A stretch of 32,434 bases of DNA from contig JASJQH010006958.1 of the NCBI GenBank assembly GCA_040143965.1, positions 1 through 32,434 on the forward strand, read 5' to 3'. How positions within the stretch are numbered: the stretch's first letter is position 1; each line of letters starts with the position of its first letter. Of this stretch, positions 12,601 through 22,555 are shown piece after piece. Origin of the DNA: Basidiobolus ranarum (Eukaryota). Made by a program: the position numbers and the translations under genes. The notes below the pieces were generated by a model. It did no database searches. It had not been told where the DNA came from and was given only the letters and a program-made list of their open reading frames with translations.

Positions 12601-13046
12601 CCTACAGCATAATAATGAAAGGCTATAGTTATAGTGGAGAAGGAACCGTAGTGCTTGATCTGTGGAAACAAGCCAAAAGCCGGGGTTTCCTTAAAGATAG
12701 TATGGAGGCAGTTATATCGGTTTTGTTGGACAGCTGTGGATTCAACACTGATTTGCCTACGTTGCGCCAGACGTGGGTAGAGCTTAAGCGTGATGGATAT
12801 GTACTCACAGAGAATAATTACAACTCTTATATTGAGGCCCTATGTCGACTTGGGTCTTTTGAAGAAGGAGTGAAAGTATTCACTAAAGAAATGATGGACG
12901 GTGGAGTGATGGCTACGTTAAAGACCTGTCGTACCGTATTCAATCCATTAAAAGCAGCTAACAAAAACCAACTAATTCAAGAGGCGTACGCCTTTGTGAA
13001 AAAAGAATACCCCCAACTCTACTCTGATCATTATGAACCACTATAG
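9675..13046 (+). CDS. P-class pentatricopeptide repeat protein, 1123 aa, ~27 PPR motifs, probably mitochondrial
   Basis: Single ORF with tandem 35-aa motifs such as VVTYNTLIRGYIEKNELHNALSLHNKMVKKGIPPS. The N-terminus is Arg/Lys-rich and acid-free, like a presequence. No E/DYW domain is seen. Confidence 0.95.
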   Translation: MLSIFRVGKLKPLNIPNLAVSVRLTRLYNHDSQLASHSAVSEVIEPLKTALVQQDSSAAWRAFTKIKNSKLEKAISSSQFAELIHLFSSAKNDGAKNKNRGNEIIKYMNYIGVLPENPKQYGALISFYGNHQQPRDARNTFRNMVGTGLKPDAYVYTELIHAIGNKDLPGAYTVFQAMKSNRIHPSLYTFNILFKICRNHPDTKYLSIFHQELQRATYITPDVVTYSTLIDAYAANGDMSRAMNMFDEALTHGAIPNVVTYNTLIRGYIEKNELHNALSLHNKMVKKGIPPSIVTYTNLIVGYLHSHDIKHAMHLYAEMKRLNIQPDCVLFNTLLDGLAKNFEAIHVRRLLEDMSSYEIKPTLATYNILIRLFSKNNRPKEAMGIYRQMRAKRVTPNVQIYNTLIHANAKAGNLQAAMDIFYEMQVTSTLPDLKIYNTLLHIHAANGKIDEMSGILSDMNEKKISPNVVTYNILINSHLKCSKFDEAIRLYNEMIEKSIIPDTITFNSLINAGFKRGDLSEVDNFYNNMVAHGVPPDTATFTTLIHGYSQNSNGQKALEMYQQMMRLNLRPSLVTYSVLMKEYARKANIPGVKSLFEEMLERGIKPDGHIFNILINTYVKSSNVFQAMRMYEKMLEDRITPDSVTYATLIKAHTQNGDIEQAKYLFKQMAQKNVQPDAVVFTSLISGYAKQSDLSSAIALYQDMKSRGIEPSVHTFTVLIDAYAKNRELGKAMSLYNQVKSRDMKMDVTLFNVLIDAHVRNGLLREAMSLFEESKTSGVLPNLLTYTSLINGYIQLSSMDRAMGLFDDMINSKISPDATIFNVLIHGFISNDMFPQALSLHQQMISDYHINPNGYIYNTLICGYAKNAEMSRAVDLLNEMISKSLWPSAVTYNALIHGYANCGETDQALDTYQKMKASGITPTLVTYNTLINCFIENAGFQKPHTLKIGLKNQKIIKAIELYQDMTAKKIPSDQYTYSIIMKGYSYSGEGTVVLDLWKQAKSRGFLKDSMEAVISVLLDSCGFNTDLPTLRQTWVELKRDGYVLTENNYNSYIEALCRLGSFEEGVKVFTKEMMDGGVMATLKTCRTVFNPLKAANKNQLIQEAYAFVKKEYPQLYSDHYEPL

Positions 13047-14158
13047 ATTGTTGAATTTTTAGGTGTTCATTCTCATAGCATTTCATCACTGTTTGTTCAT
13101 CTAATCTCCAACCTCGTTCACTTATAATAGATCGTTGGGGACGCACTTCTCATGATTAAATCACGAAAACAACAATGTAAATATGAATAAAGCTGTACAA
13201 TAATCATTTGTCTCATATATTTGTGTCTATATGTGCAGGTGTTTGACTTGAAAGTGGTCGTTATTTCAGTACATCCATAGTCATCGCTTCTCTATCAGTA
13301 GCCTGATACATGACTATACGTGTGGCGTTTGGACAGCTCTTGCGGTGCATGTGTATATTGAATAGACTGAGGATCGACTGCAAAGGACATCAGGGGTGAT
13401 GGAAGTTTCATAGAGTGAAAAGGCATTTAACGAACGAATACCAATTCATGTATATTACCCTGTTTCATTAGATACGTAGGAAATCAATTTTTCTCACTTC
13501 GGCTACTGTAGAATTTAAGTACCATTTATTTCTATCGTAGCTTTGGGAGTCTCATCGAAGTAAAGGAGAAGTGAAATATCAAATCCTGTAATGAAGCATG
13601 TATTAAGACAGATTGGAGATATTTGGGTGCGTGTATGTATTACTATTCCAAGCATTTATTCATACTGCGAATCTATTATTACTGCGATGTACCCTAACAG
13701 TTACTGTATATATGAAAAGCTGGCTTTAAAGTACATAGATAACACTCCATCCTGCCATCCTGACCAAAGAGTTTATCGCGGAATCTGGACCAAGTTCCTT
13801 AGCCTGATATAGATTGCGGTAGAATTTTTCTCAAATTCTATCTATAAAACGTTTAAAGTGTGAGCTGTCATAGTTAAATACACGCTTATATAATCTTATG
13901 AGACACGATCGTAAACCGTGTGATTCTCTCGATTTGTAATAGAACTAATCCACATCAGGAAAAAAAGTAAGCAAGTGCGAATCTAAGCTGAAACACGTGA
14001 TACAAAAAGTACCAATCTCATCATTCGGAAATTCAGTTATTCCTTTCATCGTTATCTTTGTTAGGAATCGGAAATTGTAGCTTACTACCTGCCATATTTC
14101 TACGATCTAGTTTGCCTAACACGTTCTATACATTGCTAGAACTCTTAAATTTATTATC

Positions 14159-14174
14159 AATATCACGTGATATT
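14159..14174. promoter_or_regulatory. Perfect 16-bp palindrome AATATCACGTGATATT containing a bHLH E-box
   Basis: Self-complementary, ~70 bp upstream of ATG 14243. A second CACGTG lies at 13994-13999. Confidence 0.5.
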
Positions 14175-14242
14175 CTCGGTTCATGTAAATCGTTCCTGTC
14201 TTTTTTACTGTCTGTATTTCACTTGTTTACCAATCCAATACA

Positions 14243-15702
14243 ATGGAAGCTGGACCACAACCCGAAGAGCCATTAGCATGGTCTAATGTTGGCATCGCCG
14301 CGACGTTGTTGCTGATCAATGGTACATATATGAACTCTTCGGTTCTTACATTTTGTACAAAAAATTGAATTACAAACTTAGGGATAATTTCGATAAGTAT
14401 GGAATTACACTTGGAATGGTCGCTTCTTGTCAGTGGTGTTCGGTCAGTTGTACAGTTAACTCTCATGGGAATGATTCTCGAGGATGTATTTAAAACTCGG
14501 AATCCATTCATTATTTTCGGCATGGCGTGTATGTACTCGGTTTTTATTACACAAACTTGAATAGTATTTCTCAACCCATTTATCCAATTTCTAGCGGTTC
14601 TTGTATTGTTGGGAGCGTATGAAACTACCTTTAACAAAAGTAAAAGAAGACACACAGGAATGGTAAAGGCTTTTTTATTTTTGAAGATAATGTTGGCCGA
14701 AATAGTTCCCTAATCACTCTTGACTTAAAAGTTCATCTCGGTTTTGATATCGATGTTCTCTAGTACTCTTTTCATTGGCTTAATCGGTAATATAACTATT
14801 TATACCAATATACTTTGGCATATTTTGAGACCATTTTTTATACGATTCTTAGGTAATGCCTTTGCTATGAATGTTTCTCCTGTCTGGACTGCGCATAAAT
14901 TTATCCCTACTCTCGGGATGCTTCTGGGCAACTGTATGACTGGAATGGCACTGGGAATAAGTTCATGCCTTACTCAATTTTGGTGTGTTTTACATAAGAA
15001 GATTGAGATTTTTCGCTTACTAATTAAGTTGGTTCAAAAAAAAGTGACAACAAAGAACGTTTAGAGATGTCTTTATCATTTGGCGCTTCGAGATGGGAGG
15101 CTGGACGACCAATTGCTGTGGAAGCCATTAGAATAGCCATGTTGCCAACCATCAACTCAATGAGGTAACTGGTCAGTCGGAATTTATCGCAAACTAAACA
15201 TTGAAATCTAATCGAATTTTTACAGTGTGATGGGATTGATCTCTATACCAGGTTAGCATGCATCTTCATATTCCGATGTTCTCTCCAAATCTTAACCACA
15301 GCGTTTCTAGGCATGATGACTGGTCAAATCCTTGGAGGTGCTCCGGTAATGGATGCCGTCAAGTATCAACAAATTATTATGTTTATGATTGCTGCGTCCA
15401 CCTCACTAGGTACTTTGGGAGCTGTATTGGTACGTATTTGAATCAGCAGAATTGAAACAGCAGCCACAACTAAAGCATTACTTTAATTTATCTAGACTTG
15501 TATTGTGATATGCTTAGACTCGAACCATCGATTAAGGTTGGATCGAATTCACAACTCTAGCAAAGACTCAGTTTGGGGCTCTCTTAAGAAAATCTTTACT
15601 TCTAACAAGTCTACCCCGTTGGACCCTGAAACCAAAAGTCTATTGGCTAGGGTCCGGTGCTACGGTACTGATCGCAATCCAAATACTGCAGTCACCATTT
15701 AG
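14243..15702 (+). CDS. UPF0014 family membrane protein (YbbM/FetB, plant STAR2/ALS3-like ABC permease subunit), multi-exon
   Basis: The spliced reading gives RSVVQLTLMGMIL, FIPTLGMLLGNCM, EMSLSFGASRWEA, AMLPTINSMSVMGLISIPGMMTGQILGGAPVMDAVKYQQIIMFMI, which are the family signature motifs. Confidence 0.88.
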
Positions 15703-16398
15703 TAAATAATCCGAACATCTCAGTCGCAGTTTAGATACCTCCCGCCTCCCAGATAGATGGGTTCCAAATTTACTCGCTATTTATCGAAATAAACTAGAAT
15801 CAGCTGGGGATGTATTACATATGGGCATATTACATATATTCAACAAGCGTATCGATACTCTCAAGTATTACTATGCGATTGAGAGTAATGGTTTTGCATG
15901 GATTCTGTGGTTTGGATATGATTTTCAAGGGTCAGATGAAACTATGGACGATAAGACGTAGGTGGTCAGTGAAGAGCTAATTTACACAAGATGCAATATA
16001 ATATACGCAACAATTACTTCAATGCAGAAGATAGTACATACAGTATGGCTGATTTCGACATATGCACAGTCTATATATACTAACGTTCGGGTACCAAGCG
16101 AGTGGCAAGCTCTCGGCAAGAATGGTTGTTTGGTAGGAAAAGGGAGGAAGCATGGTTGAGAGAACGATGTTGGTGTTCTCCTGAATCGAACATGTTATTC
16201 TCCTTTTTGCCTTAAACCTTATCCAAGCCAGGTTGAGTTTAAATCGGAGGTGATTGTCATATTTGTTGTTTAAGCCTTACAACCCTCCCTCCTCATCTAC
16301 TCCTCACTCCTATCCAGCTAATCAGTCTATATGTAGTGCGAATATATTTAAGCCATGATTAATCCAATTTGCACTTAATTCTTGACTAATCCGGTTCA

Positions 16399-16475
16399 AT
16401 TTGATTCCCTACTTACTGATTTGATTCCCTACTTACTGATTTGATTCCCTACTTACTGATTTGATTCCCTACTTA
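16399..16475. repeat. 20-bp minisatellite (atttgattccctacttactg) x ~3.9
   Basis: Three identical full copies plus a 17-bp partial copy, with no spacers. Confidence 0.95.
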
Positions 16476-16562
16476 TTAAATCCTCTCCCCAGCATAGAGT
16501 TTCTAGAAATGGATTAACTTTGAAGCAAACATCGGTCCATTAAATCGATTGTTTAATTTAAT

Positions 16563-16608
16563 ACACCCAACACTCAACACCCTACACCCTACGCCTTACA
16601 CCCTACAC
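16563..16608. repeat. Degenerate 7-bp tandem repeat (acaccct)n, ~6.5 copies
   Basis: acaccca acactca acaccct acaccct acgcctt acaccct acac. Confidence 0.8.
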
Positions 16609-17068
16609 AGCAGCTGATACACTCATACAGTTTAGCTTTGTAATGCGAATGATATACATAATTTGTGCAACTTGTACATATTTATGAAGAATCAATAGAA
16701 ACCGATAGAAATAATGTGGATACCAACAAAAGCCTATCCCCTGCTTGGCGAGACAGCAATCAGATTTATCTCATTTTAGGTCTCATATTGGACTCTCACT
16801 GCCCTCATAGTGTAAAACCTTGTTCATTCAACTAAACGGAGATTTTATGTGAGAAACAATCAATGTGTTGGATTGTAGGATTGAAGCCTATCATTTAGCC
16901 TCCTATTTTCGACACCATATAAAAGCTGACCACAGATCGCCAGTATCGCAAGGAAATTGTCATTGACTAGTTGTTATTTTTGGAATCGTACCACATGCTG
17001 TGTTTTCTTTAGGGATAAAACCATATCAATATCTTCTTCTGGATAACCTACCTTCTATATTTCTGACC

Positions 17069-17776
17069 ATGCTTTATTATCCACATGCTCCCATCAACCA
17101 TCCCTCAATGCAATTTAGTCAACGTGCTAAGAAAGCGGTGACCATTTTTTCCATATTCACCGCTAGAGTAATCACTGGACTTTGGCACGGGGACCGACAT
17201 CCTAACGATGCCGTCATCGAGAAAGGCATTGACTCTCCCGTTCAACACAACCACTGTTTCGAAGTATTCTGCTCTAGAGTCTTGGCCTGGAGCAAGGCCT
17301 CCAAGTTGACGGTATATCTGAGTTTGAAGTATATCCACCGACTGAAAATATACAGACCAGAGATCCTAGGAGCCCAAGGCTCGGAATATCGAATGTTTGT
17401 GGTAGCCCTACTGGTGGCTCAAAAAATGTTGGAGGACAAATCCTTTAACAACAAAACCTGGTCGGTGATAACAGGTCTGAGGGCTCGAGAAATAAGTATC
17501 ATGGAGAGGGAGTTCTTCCAGTGTTTGAAATGGGATATTCATGTTTGTCATATCGAATTTGAAAGCTGGCGCGCAAGCTTAGAACGCCAATACGATTATT
17601 TCCACACATACATGTCTCAACTTGAACTGCATACCAGCATACCTCAAACTCCTCACACTTTTTCTCCTCCACATCCAAAGCATAGAGGTCATTATTCATC
17701 TGCACCTCAGCCCCTCCATCCTCACCCATATCAAATTGCCGCCTCAAAACGACGACGCTTTTCGTCAATCTATTAA
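17069..17776 (+). CDS. Pho80/Pcl-family (Pho85-type) cyclin, intronless, ~235 aa
   Basis: Cyclin box LSLKYIHRLK...GSEYRMFVVALLVAQKMLEDKSFNNKTWSVITGLRAREISIMEREF. His/Pro-rich tail with KRRR. First ATG at 17069. Confidence 0.88.
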   Translation: MLYYPHAPINHPSMQFSQRAKKAVTIFSIFTARVITGLWHGDRHPNDAVIEKGIDSPVQHNHCFEVFCSRVLAWSKASKLTVYLSLKYIHRLKIYRPEILGAQGSEYRMFVVALLVAQKMLEDKSFNNKTWSVITGLRAREISIMEREFFQCLKWDIHVCHIEFESWRASLERQYDYFHTYMSQLELHTSIPQTPHTFSPPHPKHRGHYSSAPQPLHPHPYQIAASKRRRFSSIY

Positions 17777-18957
17777 AAACCTGTATAATTCTCTCGTCCT
17801 TCTTATTTGTACTCGCTTGCCAATTCCCCCCCATATCTTAAGATCTTTCCCCCGCACATTCTCGGTAGAATTTGAGATGACTTCTTTTTTCAAGCCAAGT
17901 AGTTTTAATTTTATTCTTTACGTACATCTCTTTATTCTGATGGAGGATCTCAGTTCATCTCGAACGAAAGATGTATCTTGACAAGTTTTGACCCAATAGT
18001 GGTTTCTTAGTACTCTCCTGTATTATATGACTAATTTCTGCACGTCTCAATATTTCTTGACTGTTTCATATGCTTGCATAGGAAGGAGCCATCCTATTCT
18101 CTGAGCTGTTAGACACTTTCTCCCTATTAGTTACAGTTTAGCTTAAACAATAGAGATTAAGAGGACCAGCTGTTTCAAAGAATCCCATGATTGGTGAGAA
18201 AATAAAACAAACAATACAGTTTTCTAAGATTATGCATATAAAAATAAGTAGTACTCACGTGGAAATATACAGTAGTCATCAACGAAGCTACACCCCTGGA
18301 TGAACGAGATCATCATTCCTAGATGAGAGCAAAGACAAGGACGTCAACAATGTGCGTACATATATATGTGTGAGTAATTCATATACTAACTTCGACTCTC
18401 TTTTAAACTTATTCGTAATTAATATACACCCTCATGGACTAATCAGATTTGGCAAAGCCTATATTCTATCAAATAATAGCAATCCCTATTAATACAGCTA
18501 AGCCACTATTGGGCTCTCATATCTACGTAACCGCTGTAATGGCCAGAACATTGGTTTAGGCTGTGATGTGGTTCAGTTGGAAATTCTAAGCCACCGCCGT
18601 CACTCGATTAAAATGGTCTATTTGTGAGGTGAGATGTTATACAACGTCTTGAGATCAAATACTGGATAGTGTGTCGATTTTACGTGTTGGCATGGATACA
18701 AAATGGTAAACTATAGGGCATTTCAATCTAAGCAGTTCCGATAGTACCCACCCCTTTTTCTTCCACAACAAATTCCTCTTTCGCTTCGTCATCCATCCCA
18801 CAAACGAGTTACTGGAATATAAATAGTTGTAATCTATGATGACCATCAGCCATAAAACAATCCCTCTCTTGCTCTCTTTCTTTTTACCTTTGATTGATTC
18901 CATCTGAGGTTTATCCAACCCTTACTATTTCCCGTAAAAAGCAGTAGTTGGCGGAAG

Positions 18958-20682
18958 ATGCGTATCTCCACCTTGTGTGTTCAATTGTTTATACTCTCCT
19001 CAGTAATTGCCACTCCACATGTTGGTAAAGAACGTACCATTTTGGAGGTTCTGGATGATGATTACAGATTTGCTAGATTAATGGACGCCTTGAATAAAGA
19101 GCGTACATTAACCGAAGAATTGATCGATCGCCCAAAGGCTGAGGTAAGTGGCTTATTATGGAGATGGAGGTAGTATTGAATACTAAATTGCCTTTATTGT
19201 GTCTTATCAGATGACTGTATTTGCCCCTACAAATGAGGCATTTCGTAAACTTCGTGATCGCTTCAGAGGTCGCTATCCAAAAGATCTACTAAAAGAGGTT
19301 GGATTCAGTTCTTTCATCATCGCTTTAATGGCATGTTAATCTTATGATTCGTATCTACTTTCTTGTTATAATAGATGATTCAATATCACGTTATTTACAA
19401 AGTCACCCCCTCCGAGACTTTGGATGAAATCAAGTTATTCGAAACTTCTCTACAACTTAAGGAGTTGGGGGATCGTATGCAAAGTGTACGTATTACCAGA
19501 CATAATGGAAAACCTTTACTCAACGGACATGCTAGACTACAAGAAACGGATATGGGAGCAATCAACGGAATGATTCATGCTATCGATGAAGTATTGATAC
19601 CGCCACCAGAAATTAACAAAGTCCTCTTAAGATCCCCTTCCTTATTCTCCACTATGAGTGCAGCTTTACAAAGAACTGGATTGGATAGGAAGGTCCAAGA
19701 ATCTACTGGCATGTCTGCTTTCGTACCCACTAATCAAGCCTTCCGAAATCTTGGATGTCGTGCATTGAATTATTTGTTCTCAAGAGATGGCGAGAAAGAT
19801 CTCCGAAAATTAGTGGAATATCACTTTTCAAACAAATTATCTTACTCTATGGATATGCTAAACGAAGTTACTGGTGGTGGTGGAATTGACAAACGCAAGC
19901 CTGGCCGTGGCCGTGGTCGCGGTCGCGGAAGAGAAGATAAAAAACGTCGTGGAGGTGACCGTAGGGATGATGATTGGGCCGAGGAAAATGGTATGATTCT
20001 CCTTGAGCTCCCCCAAGAACATACTGAAGACATGGAAGCTGATTGTTACGATCAGCGTGATTTGTATTCGCGCTACCCTAATCGTGGTCGTCGTGGTGGC
20101 TGGGATGATGATGATTATCCACGTCGCGGTGGTGATCGTCGCGGTAGAGGTGGTTGGGATGATGATGAAGATTACTAAGATCAACCCCGTCGTGGTGGTG
20201 CGCGGGATTGACAAGATGAGACTGGTCATGGAGGCGATCGTCGCGGTAGAGGAGGTTGGGATGATGATGATGACTACAATGACCAGCCTCGTCGTGGTGG
20301 TGATCGTCGTGGCAGAGATGACTGGGATGATGATCGCAATGGACGTGGGCGTCATGGCAGAGGTGACCGCGATGATGAAGATGACCATCGTGGTCGTCAT
20401 GGTCGTCACAATCCACATAGGGGAGGAGGCCGTCATGGGAGCGATGAATTTGAAAAGATCAAGTTCCCATCGATGTTGGGTGGAGAGAAGTTAGAGATCT
20501 ATTTGAATCCTAACTCACTTCGGGGTAATCACTTTGATATCATTGTAAACAATGAAGCGCGAGTAGTCTTTTCCGATTACGTAGCTAAGAATGGAGTTAT
20601 CCATGGATTGGACAATATTCTTATTCCTAAAGGATTGAATGTACCCGAGGACTGGTTTGACGATGAACCATGCGATTTTTGA
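18958..20682 (+). CDS. Secreted fasciclin (two FAS1 domains) with RGG/Asp low-complexity insertion; exons 18958-19143, 19211-19297, 19375-20682, the last interrupted by two in-frame stops (cryptic intron or pseudogene)
   Basis: Signal peptide MRISTLCVQLFILSSVIA. FAS1 motifs TVFAPTNEAF, YHVI, NGMIHAIDEVLIPP, then SAFVPTNQAF, YHF, NGVIHGLDNILIP. The 19375 and 20473 ORFs share one frame. Stops at 20176-78 and 20209-11. Confidence 0.82.
19900..20440 (+). repeat. Coding low-complexity repeats encoding RRGG-DRRGRGG-WDDDDDY units
   Basis: Recurrent cgtcgtggtggtgatcgtcgcggtagagg..tgggatgatgat blocks. Confidence 0.85.
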
Positions 20683-21113
20683 AGTGAGTTAAGAGGAAAA
20701 TATTTCATATTCAAGCCTTTGATTGAGATGTAAATATCACGTTATTCCACTTTCAACCCTAACCCCAAAAAGATTCCCATCGATTATTGTAGCGTTTCCT
20801 GTAGTGTTTCCTACATACTGTATTTAACTATCTAGGTTGCGATTGAGATTGTATTTCCACAAGTACATTTCGATTTGATTGAACTTCCTTTAAACCAACC
20901 ATCAATGAATAAAACCAGCAGTTATTCTATATCTCTTCAGAAAGCTTAGCAAATGACATTAATAATGTTCCTTTTTATTATCATTGAAGTGTGTTCAGGG
21001 AATTGCGAAGATTTCACCTATATAAAAGGATATTTTCAACTGAATCATAAAAATGTACCAAGGAGAAGGTTAAATATATGTAATAATGCGTGAAAAAAGA
21101 TATATTCGATTGT

Positions 21114-22125
21114 TTAGTTTTCCATCGTATCGGCAATCCAATTAGTAATCTCTTCGGTTTTCTCTTGCTCTACAGAGCATTCAGCAAAGGTAACCAAATT
21201 GGTAAGATGATCAAATTGGAACTTCTGATCCTCAAATCCAAGGAACTCTGTGATCTCACCACCATCTGCAGAATCGTGTGTCTCAAGAGCAGCTCCACGA
21301 GTAACACGGATACGGTCACTGTAGAAAGGAGGTCAGTGGTGATCTTGACATGTTATGCTATTTTACGATGTACTTACATTTCCGCCTCAAAGATCTCCTG
21401 AATTTTCTCTTTACGGAATGCGGTGAGCAATTCACATTTATTACAGGCCACTAGAACGGGGATTTCCGCACGAATGGTATGCTTGTTGGCAAGAACATCG
21501 TATAGATAGCTACGGAAATGAAATAAGTGATAATTCAGGCTTATTAACGGTATAGAAAACTTCACTCACTCAGCAATGGCATGCTTGAACTTGTTAACAG
21601 ATGTACTATCTATTACAAATATCACTCCACGAGTGATTGGCATATAATCGGCAAATTTGAAACGAAGTTTTTCGTGACCAGGTACATCAACAACGTGAAT
21701 CGGTGCTTTGGTTATTGGAACATCCTAAACAAAGGAAAAATTCCAAATGAACGAATATATTAGAGGAGTTTCAAAGAGAATATAGAGCATAAACTTACTG
21801 AAGAATCCTTCAATTCAACATAACCATCGTTCTCGGTCATGGAAGTACAAGTACTTGGTACTTTACCAAAACGAAGCTATAGAAAGATAATATGAAGAAT
21901 ATTTAATAACTTACTTCAATATCCTCATAGGGAACTCTCTGCTTTACATTAACTTACGTTACAATATAGCGATGTTTTTCCAGAATCGGCTAAGCCAAGA
22001 AGTAAAAAAGCATCATTCTTTTTTCCCTTCTTCAACAGTTGACTTGCGCCACCAGTTGACAAAAACCCGATCGCAGCGATGGTCACAAGGGCCACAACAA
22101 TCAGTATGAGAGTACTAAGTTCCAT
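21114..22125 (-). CDS. SRP102: Signal recognition particle receptor beta subunit, multi-exon
   Basis: N-terminal TM anchor, P-loop GLADSGKTSLY, DVPGHEKLR, GVIFVIDS, VLVACNKCE, RIRVTR...FLGFEDQKFQFDHL. TAA at 21114. Confidence 0.9.
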
Positions 22126-22555
22126 ACTAAAAATTACAACTTGTGAAGGCGTATGTTGGCTGACTGATAATAACAAAGACTAAGAAATCACAGAATAGTG
22201 TCGTTTACAGATTTTCAGCAATCTTATTGGATAAAATTGAAATAATTTTCACTCAGCTTAATCGAAGATAAAATAACCAAAGTGAAGATAAATTTTGAAT
22301 GCTAAGTTTATTAGTATACTCAATTTATTATAGGAAGAAAATCAAAGAAATATTCACAAATGAGGGAATGTCTTCATAGGTCTTTAGGAGGGTGAGATGC
22401 AAGCAAGAGAAATGACCAAACATACGTGCAGTAAGACAAGACCTTTAGGAGAGTTGTAGCTCGACCATCACATCATAGTAGTTTTGTATGGATGATCATA
22501 GTAATAAGTCTAAATATAATATTTGTTTACATATCTGACTGATAGGAAGGTTCAT

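Noticed and set aside
9675-13046. RNA-editing PLS-DYW factor
   Set aside because: Motifs are uniformly P-type, and there is no E domain or HxE...CxxC deaminase signature.
16399-16475. CRISPR array
   Set aside because: Head-to-tail repeats without spacers, eukaryotic context, no cas genes.
19858-20494. Overlapping Thr/Ile-, Val/Met- and His/Asp-rich ORFs
   Set aside because: Shadow frames of the low-complexity RGG/Asp codon repeats.
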